Part shown: piece after piece, positions 20,065 through 27,906 of the stretch
How positions within the stretch are numbered: position 1 is the first letter of the stretch
Layout of the letters: each line of letters starts with the position of its first letter
From: Candidatus Woesearchaeota archaeon
Lineage (GTDB): Archaea; Nanobdellota; Nanobdellia; Pacearchaeales; GW2011-AR1
Assembly: GCA_964514585.1 (NCBI GenBank)
Contig: CAZETU010000005.1
Span: forward strand, 10,904-74,903
Length of the DNA stretch: 64,000 nt
Reading direction: 5' to 3'
Notes under the pieces: generated by a model
Databases searched by the model: none
What the model saw: the letters and a program-made list of their open reading frames with translations, nothing else
Told to the model about the DNA's origin: nothing
Made by a program: the position numbers and the translations under genes

Positions 20065-20723
20065 AAGTTTGCCGCATCAAGAAATCTCCCTAGTTTAGTG
20101 GGGAGATGAATTGTGCTTCTAGTTGGCAAACTTTTGTCTTGGAAAATTATTTATTCTAGAAAGTATTAAAGAAAATAGGAAGTTAATCCTACTTTCTCGA
20201 ATGTAAACGTAGTTGTAACTTTCTGAAACTAAATAAACTTATCGGAGATTAAAATGAAATTTGAAACACGTAGCTACGCACATGCCGTCGGGGAATTCAA
20301 CTACCACATCCAATTGACAGTTGCTTACCGACGAGAGATTTTCTCAAACGAGAAAGTTTTGAGATTGACAAGAGCTTATCTCGTCGAGAAATTGAAAGAA
20401 ATTAATGTCGAACTCGTTTGCTTAGAATTTGGTCCAGAGCATGTTCACCTTTTTGTGACGAACTGTAAAAATTATGCGCCTTGTCAGATTGTGCAATTTT
20501 TGAAAGGTTTCTCGTCGAGAATGATGTGAAAGAATCACTTGGAACTCTTCAGGAATTTTCTTTGGGGCAAAAAGTTTTGGAGCGAAGGTTATTTTGCTAG
20601 GAGTATTGGATGTGTCACGACGGAGCGAGTTCGGTATTATATCGAAGATTCGCAAGGGAAGCATTGGGATTAGGTTTGGAAATTAGCTGGTCACGCTCCG
20701 GACTTCAGTCCGGGGTAGTTGAC
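20065..20723 (+). mobile_element. IS200-like element, copy 1 (659 bp; tnpA only)
   Basis: Subterminal hairpins with 4-nt loops at both ends, Y1 transposase frame, near-identical copy at 48510-49168 with different flanks. Confidence 0.9.
20254..20673 (+). pseudogene. tnpA: IS200/IS605 HUH (Y1) transposase TnpA interrupted by in-frame TGA at 20527-20529
   Basis: YH, EHVH (HUH) before the stop; FWSEGYF and RYYIEDSQ (catalytic Tyr region) in frame after it. Confidence 0.88.
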
Positions 20724-20790
20724 AAGATTTTCCAATCATAATACATCATATAGTATACTATAATAGATAAATAAAAACACCATCCATCCA

Positions 20791-20820
20791 GTCGCTCTCT
20801 TAATGCACTAAGAGAGCGAC
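20791..20820. terminator. Perfect 12-bp hairpin at 3' end of the minus-strand island
   Basis: GTCGCTCTCTTA-ATGCAC-TAAGAGAGCGAC, ~20 bp downstream of the 20840 stop. Confidence 0.55.
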
Positions 20821-20839
20821 CTTCGGGACGGGTTGGACG

Positions 20840-21376
20840 TTACTTGCTGCCGGCTGGCGTGACGTGTTCAGTGAGAGCAAAGTATGCGACAGATGGGAAG
20901 GAATCCCGAGTCTTTATCTCAAGCAAAACCATTTCCCTTCCATTTATCACAACTTTGTCTCCATTTTTAACGCCAGAGAGATTGACCTCTTCGGGCAGAG
21001 GGGGAATGGTCGATAGGGCCATCAGGTCCATCAGGTCCAATAGGCTGAAGACACCCATAGATAATGAAACCCCAACCAAATACTTTTCGCCTATAATGCC
21101 AAGCAGACCTGAAATCCCATGCGAGACAATCCTGGACTCGCCACATTCGCAACCACCAAACATCACCCGATCGACGGTTGCGAGGTCTTCGAATCTCACG
21201 GGCAAAACTGGCTCGTCCGAAAAACAGCCCATGAATTTTTGGTTGAGCATCTCAATAGACGCGGGATAATCGTTTGGGGTCATCAAAGCCTTCATGACCC
21301 ATTGGTTCCCTTCGCTCGCCTCAATGATCTTGGGAACGTTCGAAAACACTCTCTTGCTTGCCTTCTTTTCCGTCAT
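20840..21376 (-). CDS. Hypothetical protein
   Basis: GGAAGG upstream; C-terminus GDKVVINGREMVLLE resembles that of the next gene. Confidence 0.6.
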   Translation of the reverse strand: MTEKKASKRVFSNVPKIIEASEGNQWVMKALMTPNDYPASIEMLNQKFMGCFSDEPVLPVRFEDLATVDRVMFGGCECGESRIVSHGISGLLGIIGEKYLVGVSLSMGVFSLLDLMDLMALSTIPPLPEEVNLSGVKNGDKVVINGREMVLLEIKTRDSFPSVAYFALTEHVTPAGSK

Positions 21377-21526
21377 AAAATCAATCCTTCCTATGAAGCC
21401 CCAATTATTACTCTTGTTGAAACAAAAAACCCCGCACCATCAAGCTCTCCAAACTTCGAAGAAACTGTATCGGTACGGGGCTCTTCGCCATAGCCCAGCC
21501 ACCCCCTTAGCGGACTACCCGACCAC

Positions 21527-22156
21527 TTAGCAGTCTACCAGAATGCGCTCTTTAGGTGCACACTCCACAAGGCTGTTTTCCGTGTCAAACTCGAGAATCA
21601 CGAATTGTTTACCCTGAATTTTGACAACCTCCCCAATTTTTCCAAGGCACATCACGTGAAGATGTACAACGCCGCATTTTTTGGCCGCATCCTTGCTAGT
21701 CGCCCACGTGAATATAGGGATGTTGAATTTCTTGTGAGCTCCATTCGTAACCATGAGATACCCAGGCTGAAATCCTTCAACTCCCAGACAGATAGTCATT
21801 TCTTCCTGTGCAATCGACGAGAGTTCAACTGGGCCATCCTCAACATTCTGAAAACAGTCCCTATGACTACGGGCAAGTTGTTTTGCCCTGTCAGATCCCA
21901 GGTCAACAAAGGATAGTTCCATGCGAAGACCATAATTCTCCACCTCGCATATACCCTTCCAATTTCTGTACAATACCTTTTTAGCCATAAGCCAATCCTT
22001 TTCGATATAGCCGTCTTCACCATTGAAACCAAAAAGCTCCGCGCCATGAAGTTCATCAAGGCAGTGCGTCATCCGTTGACGCGAAGCTAACCACAGACCT
22101 CTACCCTTCCCTGTTAGAGGACTATATCGTCGACACTCACCTATCCGCGAACTCAT
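21527..22156 (-). CDS. Hypothetical protein
   Basis: ATGA coupling to upstream ORF; C-terminus GEVVKIQGKQFVILE. Confidence 0.6.
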   Translation of the reverse strand: MSSRIGECRRYSPLTGKGRGLWLASRQRMTHCLDELHGAELFGFNGEDGYIEKDWLMAKKVLYRNWKGICEVENYGLRMELSFVDLGSDRAKQLARSHRDCFQNVEDGPVELSSIAQEEMTICLGVEGFQPGYLMVTNGAHKKFNIPIFTWATSKDAAKKCGVVHLHVMCLGKIGEVVKIQGKQFVILEFDTENSLVECAPKERILVDC

Positions 22157-22365
22157 CCCTTGGCGCGATCGATCCAAAGCGGGTCTTGATCAACAGTTAC
22201 CACACCAAACAGCGGGACATACACCACGTGGCAAGCATAAGTTTCATTCGTTTTGTACAATACCCCACCTGGAACACGAAGGACCCAAGTGTAAGGTGTA
22301 ATCCGAACATACTCATGCATCTTCAAATTCTTGAGTTCATCTACTGTTAACACCTTTATGTCCAT
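22153..22365 (-). CDS. Small hypothetical protein (70 aa) with WxxRVPGGxLY motif
   Basis: Start at MDIK with GAAGGA upstream. Confidence 0.55.
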   Translation of the reverse strand: MDIKVLTVDELKNLKMHEYVRITPYTWVLRVPGGVLYKTNETYACHVVYVPLFGVVTVDQDPLWIDRAKG

Positions 22366-22384
22366 AACAAATTCCTTCCTGGGA

Positions 22385-22942
22385 CTATATCCCAATATCG
22401 TTGTCATTCGGACCGACACCGAACTCGACCAAGCGATTTATCTCGGCCTCCGTGATGTCAAGACCGTAATCCCCTATCCAGCCCTTCATTTCCTTCGCTT
22501 CTTCTTCTGGCGAAGACCATGGAGGGAAAGAGTCGAGACTCTCAAACATCTCAGTTCTCTTTTTCCCGAGCCGAACAATTTCAGCCTCGCGCTTTTCAAT
22601 CTCCCTGTCCATCGCCTCGAGCATAACTCTCTCTAAGGAGACTTTCCTCTCCATCTCCCAAATTACAGAATCCCCCCATTCTGCTCCTTCCCTCTTCATG
22701 ATTTCGAGAATCCCAGAACTCTCGGCGAGATTCTTTTTGAGGAACCATCTTGAATCCCCCAAGAATCCCATCTGGGAATGAATCTTTTCCATCTCAGAAG
22801 AAAGCGCGGCAAACTGTCCCCTTGGACTTTCCCTATACTCCGCGTCATGTTTTCCGGCCACGTTCACCACCCACCCCATCAGACAAAAAATCAAGGCGAT
22901 TACCACAACCAACAACAACAATCGTTTTTTCTCACGAGTCAT
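22385..22942 (-). CDS. Membrane-anchored coiled-coil protein, paralog family A
   Basis: Basic N-terminus + TM; RGQ, WG....E....L.RVMLEAM shared with 24623 and 25267 ORFs; GAGGTGAG RBS. Confidence 0.7.
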   Translation of the reverse strand: MTREKKRLLLLVVVIALIFCLMGWVVNVAGKHDAEYRESPRGQFAALSSEMEKIHSQMGFLGDSRWFLKKNLAESSGILEIMKREGAEWGDSVIWEMERKVSLERVMLEAMDREIEKREAEIVRLGKKRTEMFESLDSFPPWSSPEEEAKEMKGWIGDYGLDITEAEINRLVEFGVGPNDNDIGI

Positions 22943-23315
22943 AACTCACCTCTTCTCTCTGGGAATCAATCCCGATACTGTTGTCTTCCACGACGTTCAC
23001 GTCATTGGGCTCATTAGAATCATAAATGTCAAGAAGAGCCCGAGCCTCTTCAACGAGCCTCAGATTTTCCTCGAATCGAGCAGCCCGAGCATCCAGTGAC
23101 AATTTTCTTTCTTCTCTCGACTTGCTCTCAAGGTTCTTCAGGAACTCACCCCATTCCGCCGCCGCCTCATCGACTTCGACATTCTTACCCACTCCCCCTC
23201 GAATCGCGATGAATTTTGGAGCAGTAATCCCAGCCAAAAACAAGAGAACAGCTACAGTAATTAGGAGGTCAAGAGGAGTAATCCCAAAGAACCACGTTCG
23301 CTTATGCCACTCCAT
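22932..23315 (-). CDS. Type IV pilin/pseudopilin-like membrane protein
   Basis: G|ITPLDLLITVAVLLFLAGITAPKF resembles GFTLIELL...AIPKF. Confidence 0.55.
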   Translation of the reverse strand: MEWHKRTWFFGITPLDLLITVAVLLFLAGITAPKFIAIRGGVGKNVEVDEAAAEWGEFLKNLESKSREERKLSLDARAARFEENLRLVEEARALLDIYDSNEPNDVNVVEDNSIGIDSQREEVSYDS

Positions 23316-23533
23316 TATCCACCTACCTTCCCTACGTCCACCATGGTATCGTTTGCGTCCACTCCAGACGTCTCATTCGGATCACCCACCCCATTCGGAT
23401 CACACCGAACATCATTAGGGTCAGTTTCCCATGACTTGTCAGCAAAATCACTAGCTAACAAGAATTTGATATGATAATCCTCAAGCTGTCTCTCACTAAT
23501 AAAAGAGCCATCGGTTGCAGGCCCTAAAACCTA
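23315..23533 (-). pseudogene. Start-less in-frame continuation beyond a TAG, with DPN repeats
   Basis: *VLGPATDGSFISERQLEDYHIKFLLASDFADKSWETDPNDVRCDPNGVGDPNETSGVDANDTMVDVGKVGG*; ends in TAATG overlap with pilin-like gene. Confidence 0.5.
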
Positions 23534-23536
23534 CTC
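23490..23536. repeat. 47-bp direct repeat, copy 1 (copy 2 at 24031-24077)
   Basis: CTCTCACTAATAAAAGAGCCATCGGTTGCAGGCCCT[A/G]AAACCTACTC, one mismatch. Confidence 0.92.
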
Positions 23537-23659
23537 ATGTTCGCCAATCCGAAGAAAGACTCCCTTCTTCATCACGACCACCCCCAGCACCATCGCTACA
23601 GCCCACCCCATAATCGCTTTCTTTATCGGGAGGGGGATACTACCTTTTTCATTCGACAT
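23531..23659 (-). CDS. Small 1-TM protein (42 aa, not in ORF track)
   Basis: MSNEKGSIPLPIKKAIMGWAVAMVLGVVVMKKGVFLRIGEHE; GGAG RBS; C-terminus homologous to the 24072 ORF. Confidence 0.55.
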   Translation of the reverse strand: MSNEKGSIPLPIKKAIMGWAVAMVLGVVVMKKGVFLRIGEHE

Positions 23660-23713
23660 CGTCCTGTCTCCTTTTATTGGGCTCATTCACATCGTCCCCT
23701 CACGCCAACTTCC

Positions 23714-23839
23714 CTAATCAATCCAGGTTAGCAACAGGAACAAAATAAACGGTAACAACAACGTCACCGCGATAACCCACCTCGGAATCCTCTTCCCCTT
23801 ATATGTCAACATCTCAACCTTTCCTTCCTCGGAAATCAT
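23714..23839 (-). CDS. Small 1-TM protein (41 aa, not in ORF track)
   Basis: MISEEGKVEMLTYKGKRIPRWVIAVTLLLPFILFLLLTWID. Confidence 0.4.
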   Translation of the reverse strand: MISEEGKVEMLTYKGKRIPRWVIAVTLLLPFILFLLLTWID

Positions 23840-23943
23840 GTCCCGATATCGTTCACTTCCACAACACTTATCCAAAAACTAACCAAATACGACCTTTAAG
23901 TCGCAACGACAACAGCAATTGTAATACCACGTCGCGTATTCAT
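23836..23943 (-). pseudogene. Collapsed remnant of an island paralog
   Basis: GGTGAGGT RBS, MNTRRGITIAVVVAT*RSYLVSFWISVVEVNDIGT*; ends resemble MDTRRRGG and DNSIGI/DNDIGI of neighbours. Confidence 0.4.
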
Positions 23944-24030
23944 ACCTCACCGTCCTTTTCCAAGAGTGTCACGCAAATATTATGAGAGGCCTTCACATAA
24001 AGACCTTATCTCACAACCCATAACCTCTGG

Positions 24031-24077
24031 CTCTCACTAATAAAAGAGCCATCGGTTGCAGGCCCTGAAACCTACTC
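24031..24077. repeat. 47-bp direct repeat, copy 2
   Basis: See copy 1; 541 bp apart. Confidence 0.92.
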
Positions 24078-24466
24078 GTGCTCGTTCGGATCCAAAAAGA
24101 CCCCCTTCTTCATCACAAACACCCCATAGGTTCCGCTATTAAGCTGGACATCCTCACCACTCTCAAAGTCTTTTCGAATCCCTTCTTCGGAGAAATTGAG
24201 CAAAGAGAGTTTCTGTGCCTTTTCCCAGTCTTTCGCCTCAATGTTGCAGAGAAATACCCACATCGTCCCAGACTCTTGATTCCCAGCGTCAGAGACAATA
24301 AAATAAATCGCCCCCTTCCATCCGATAGGCTCAATTTTCTCAACGACAAACTCACCCCCATTCGCATCACCCACCCCATCTTTTCATCAATGGAACGAGT
24401 AGCTGCGAACGCCCTGCTAATATACCGACGAATTTCAGCTTTGACCCCACTTTTGTCGATTTTCAT
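24072..24466 (-). pseudogene. Probable frameshifted gene (shift in A4 run at 24381-24384)
   Basis: RBS-led MKIDKSG frame joins the DGVGDANG...FLDPNEHE frame if one A is added. Confidence 0.45.
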
Positions 24467-24622
24467 TGTTACACTCCCTTATATCCTTAGTCATCATTTA
24501 GTTCATTTTGCACTCCCCAACACCCACTCCCAATCATTAGAGAACACTAAGGCAGCCTCTGCTCCTAAGCACGCAGTCCCAGAAGCTTTCAGAGCAGATC
24601 CACCGCGTCATACACACGAGCA

Positions 24623-25222
24623 TCAGTTGCCATTCGCATCCACATCAAGCAAGACAAGTTCGCCCAACATATATGGCTCATTCGGATCAGGATTATCCGC
24701 CGCAATTCTTCTGATTGCATTGTCCATGAGACGCAGCCTATGTTTCCTGTTGAGCCGAATCATCCCTAGAACATGATACTCAAGAGGTTTCCATGTCGGA
24801 GCCTCATTAAGTCTCTCTGCAATAGTCTTCCTGACCACCGAAACCGAATTCATCTCTTCGTACAGTTCGACAAGCTTGACCTTCATCGCTTCAAGAACCA
24901 CTTTTCTCAGCGCGAGGTTCTTCCGAACTTCCATAATCCTCTCTTCTCCCCAGCCATCCCTCTGGAAAAATCTCAACATCTCCAACCAAGCTTCAATCTC
25001 CAACTCGAGAATTTTCTTGTCGGTCTCAAGCTGACCGATATCAACCTGCAAATCGATTCCCATCATCAAGGTAGTATGCCACTGCCCCCGAAGACTACTT
25101 CCCCCCTCTCTGTCCCCCTGATTTCGATTCATCAATGCCAAGACCATGGCACTTGCAATCCCAACAATCCCCAGCGTAATCAAAACCTGAATCGACATAC
25201 CTCCGCGTCGTCTCGTATCCAT
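24623..25222 (-). CDS. Membrane-anchored coiled-coil protein, paralog family A
   Basis: RRRGG|MSIQ class III-like signal; WGEERIMEVRKNLALRKVVLEAM; DPNEP. Confidence 0.7.
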   Translation of the reverse strand: MDTRRRGGMSIQVLITLGIVGIASAMVLALMNRNQGDREGGSSLRGQWHTTLMMGIDLQVDIGQLETDKKILELEIEAWLEMLRFFQRDGWGEERIMEVRKNLALRKVVLEAMKVKLVELYEEMNSVSVVRKTIAERLNEAPTWKPLEYHVLGMIRLNRKHRLRLMDNAIRRIAADNPDPNEPYMLGELVLLDVDANGN

Positions 25223-25266
25223 ATCCCACCTTTCCTTTCCCTATATTCCCCCGTTGCCATTCAGTT

Positions 25267-25821
25267 CTACTTCACAATATACAGCCACGTATTGGGGTCG
25301 ATAAATTCGGCCAAGTTCTTAGGCCAATCAATCCCCTCTCCGTACATGACCAATTCAAGGTTCTTCTCGCTAAGACCCAGCTCATAGGTCTCATTAAGAG
25401 AAAAGACTACTTTCAACTCATCCCACTGAGTCACAGGAGGATCATCACTCACAATCCCACTCTTTTTTTCAAGAGCAACAATTGCAGCGATATGCTTCTT
25501 CTTCTTTTCACCAATCGCATCGAGCAAAATCCTTTTCACCAGGATGATACCCTCCAATCTCCTCAAGGCAGCCCCATCAGAGTAGAACCCCTTCTTCATA
25601 CTCTGTACAACCTTGCCCTTGTTCATCACGTGTCCATATATCTCAAGCTCCACAATACCCACTATCCTGTCGAGCTCACCAATTTTCCTAAGGAGCCCAT
25701 CAATCTCTCCCGAAATATCGACATTACCCACCTCTTCTTCGAAAGGAGGAGAAAGAATTGTCACGCTCAAAATAATTACAATCCCCACAATCAGGATATA
25801 TCTGTTCTTCCGACTGTTCAT
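25267..25821 (-). CDS. Membrane-anchored coiled-coil protein, paralog family A (divergent)
   Basis: Basic N-terminus + TM; LVKRILLDAI; DPPVTQW; FIDPN. Confidence 0.65.
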   Translation of the reverse strand: MNSRKNRYILIVGIVIILSVTILSPPFEEEVGNVDISGEIDGLLRKIGELDRIVGIVELEIYGHVMNKGKVVQSMKKGFYSDGAALRRLEGIILVKRILLDAIGEKKKKHIAAIVALEKKSGIVSDDPPVTQWDELKVVFSLNETYELGLSEKNLELVMYGEGIDWPKNLAEFIDPNTWLYIVK

Positions 25822-26073
25822 AAAACACCAACCTTCCCATATGTCCCGTCATCATCCAGTTCGTTTAGCACTCTCCAAAACCCTCTCCAAAAATTGGAGA
25901 ATACAAAAAGCAGAGCTCTGCCCCTCAGACATCTCCTCCTCCATGAAAAGAGTCTTTGAGGCAGAGCCCATATGCTACTCGGCGAAACAAAAGCGAACTC
26001 TACTCCTACGGCTTTGCAGCAGCCAGAAGAAAGCTTTCAAAGTAAAGCTCGCCAAAAATACAACCTCGGCGAA

Positions 26074-26997
26074 TTAGTCGTCCAATCGGCTCCGTTCAAC
26101 GGCGACAGCTATAGCCATCTCTTTCGCAAGATCAGTCTTCAATCGCTCGATCCGCCCCTGCTTTTCACCGGAGTAATTATCGAGAACCACAAGATCATTC
26201 CTACATTTCCCGATTCTCTGATAAAGGACATCGATTTCTAGACCAAGCCGTTCGACGATGTCCCAGCCGCGACGTTTCTCTGAAACAGAGCGTGTCTTCA
26301 TGGCTAGTTTCACTTTCTCTACGGCTACCGCCTTCCGAAGCCTGTCGCCTTTCATCTCGACGATCTCGTCCTCGATATCCTTTCTCGAGACAACCATCTC
26401 CTTCAGTTCCTCTTCGCCCTCACTGATAGCTCGTTCGATTCTGACTATCTCGAATCCGCTCGGCAAAGTCACCCCAACCCCAACCGCTTCATATGGGTCA
26501 ATCGCCACCCGCTCTTCAACAATTGGTTCCTCAGGCTCGGTGGCAATCATCTCTTCGACCCCATCCACAACGACAGTCGTAGTCGGCGCCACCGGCTCAT
26601 TCGGATCATCCACAACGACAGTCGTAGTCGGCGCCACACTGTTCACGTCAGCAGCCACGATAAGGCCATCACGACCGAATTGCTTAGGCAACTCCCTGGC
26701 AAGCTTAGGCAACTCCCTGGCAATCATCCAGCCTACAATACCCAGCGCCGCAAAACCTATCGCGAGAAAAGCGAAACCGCCAAAAGAAAGATCCTCCATG
26801 AAGGGAGTTTTCTTCCTCTTCTTAATAACCCTTTTCGCCTTCGCCGTAGCCCTTTTCGCCTTCGGCGTAACCCTTTTCGCCTTCGGCGTAACCCTTTTCG
26901 CCTTCGCCGTAACCCTTTTCGCCTTCGCCGTAGCTTTCTTCGCCGTAGCCCTTTTCGCCTTCGCCGTCTTCTTAATTACCTTCGTCATAATACACAT
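26074..26997 (-). CDS. Membrane protein with histone-H1-like KAKR repeats, PT-rich linker and coiled coil
   Basis: (TAKAKRV)n N-terminus, one TM, duplicated VAPTTTVVVD, DPNEP. Confidence 0.75.
   Translation of the reverse strand: MCIMTKVIKKTAKAKRATAKKATAKAKRVTAKAKRVTPKAKRVTPKAKRATAKAKRVIKKRKKTPFMEDLSFGGFAFLAIGFAALGIVGWMIARELPKLARELPKQFGRDGLIVAADVNSVAPTTTVVVDDPNEPVAPTTTVVVDGVEEMIATEPEEPIVEERVAIDPYEAVGVGVTLPSGFEIVRIERAISEGEEELKEMVVSRKDIEDEIVEMKGDRLRKAVAVEKVKLAMKTRSVSEKRRGWDIVERLGLEIDVLYQRIGKCRNDLVVLDNYSGEKQGRIERLKTDLAKEMAIAVAVERSRLDD
26829..26969. repeat. 21-bp tandem coding repeat (six units plus one 15-bp unit)
   Basis: CCCTTTTCGCCTTCG[C/G]CGT.. units. Confidence 0.9.
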
Positions 26998-27112
26998 CCT
27001 TTTTCAGTTACTGAATATTTTGATGGATTCCCACGCGAGAATCCTTCATCTCAACAACCCAAAACCTCAGGCCCCATAACAAGAACCCAAGAGTCCACGC
27101 TGTTTCCCAGAA

Positions 27113-27610
27113 TCAACACTCAACACCCAATCCTGCAGACACCCCGAGAACCAACCCTATGCCCATACATAGCCCGAATCCAAGAACCATAAAAACCATA
27201 TCCGGCTCTCCGATTAGTGCATTAGACACCCCGATACTCGGCACAACAATCAATACCATACACAGTCCAGTAAGATTCCCACAAACCAACGCATGAATCA
27301 ATCCATGTCTACTAGGAGGTCTCAGATTTCCCAATCCTCCCTTTCGCCAAGCCACAAAGAAAATAACGGCGAGGCTTATCAGTACACATTCAACCCACAA
27401 CAAAACCAATCCTCCCAATACAACAAAGAAGAGTTGCCCCCCCAAATTCCTTAAGCCAAAAACCTGGAGGAAAAAACCAACAATCAAAGCCCCATTAGAA
27501 ATTGCCGCCACACTAATGGCAATCGAGAAAAAACCAATACGTCTTCGCATCAACACAGTACACCTACTTTCTAAGTAACCTATTCCGCATATTTCGAGGG
27601 ATTTCCACAC
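27113..27610 (-). CDS. Hypothetical multi-pass membrane protein
   Basis: Four hydrophobic stretches; start uncertain. Confidence 0.5.
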   Translation of the reverse strand: MWKSLEICGIGYLESRCTVLMRRRIGFFSIAISVAAISNGALIVGFFLQVFGLRNLGGQLFFVVLGGLVLLWVECVLISLAVIFFVAWRKGGLGNLRPPSRHGLIHALVCGNLTGLCMVLIVVPSIGVSNALIGEPDMVFMVLGFGLCMGIGLVLGVSAGLGVEC

Positions 27611-27906
27611 GAAAATCCTTTCTCTCGTAAAGTTCTTACTATAAAAATCTCCGAAATGCCCTCGCTAAAACAAGCTATTTCCTAGCTGTTTCAGGGTATT
27701 CCGTTTTCATTTCAACAAATTGTTTCCAACCTGTATCAAATCCCACAAATCTCTAGAGAATCAACACAAAATTCTGCGCGTCATCAGTGGTACAAATAGT
27801 AACGTAAGTTACGAATGTGGGTGCCAAAAGGCCTAATTTAATAATAGAATAAACACCAACTTTCACTATAAAAACCTTACTATTTGTTACTATTTGCAAA
27901 TGACAA

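Noticed and set aside
20527-20529. Genome-wide TGA or TAG recoding
   Set aside because: TGA and TAG terminate many normal genes here, including ATGA overlaps, and long genes have no internal stops
20065-20723. TnpB/IscB (OMEGA) system, suggested by the right end reading GTCAACTACCCCGG on the minus strand
   Set aside because: This is the ordinary IS200/IS605 subterminal hairpin; no RuvC/HNH nuclease ORF lies in or beside either copy
20749-20762. Perfect palindrome TATAGTATACTATA next to the IS right end
   Set aside because: Low-complexity, single copy, absent beside IS copy 2
26829-26969. CRISPR array
   Set aside because: Repeats are contiguous without spacers and in frame within a coding sequence; the same holds for the tfe tail repeats
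20760-27610. Provirus or integron call for the island
   Set aside because: No integrase, capsid, terminase, att duplication or canonical attC structure could be identified
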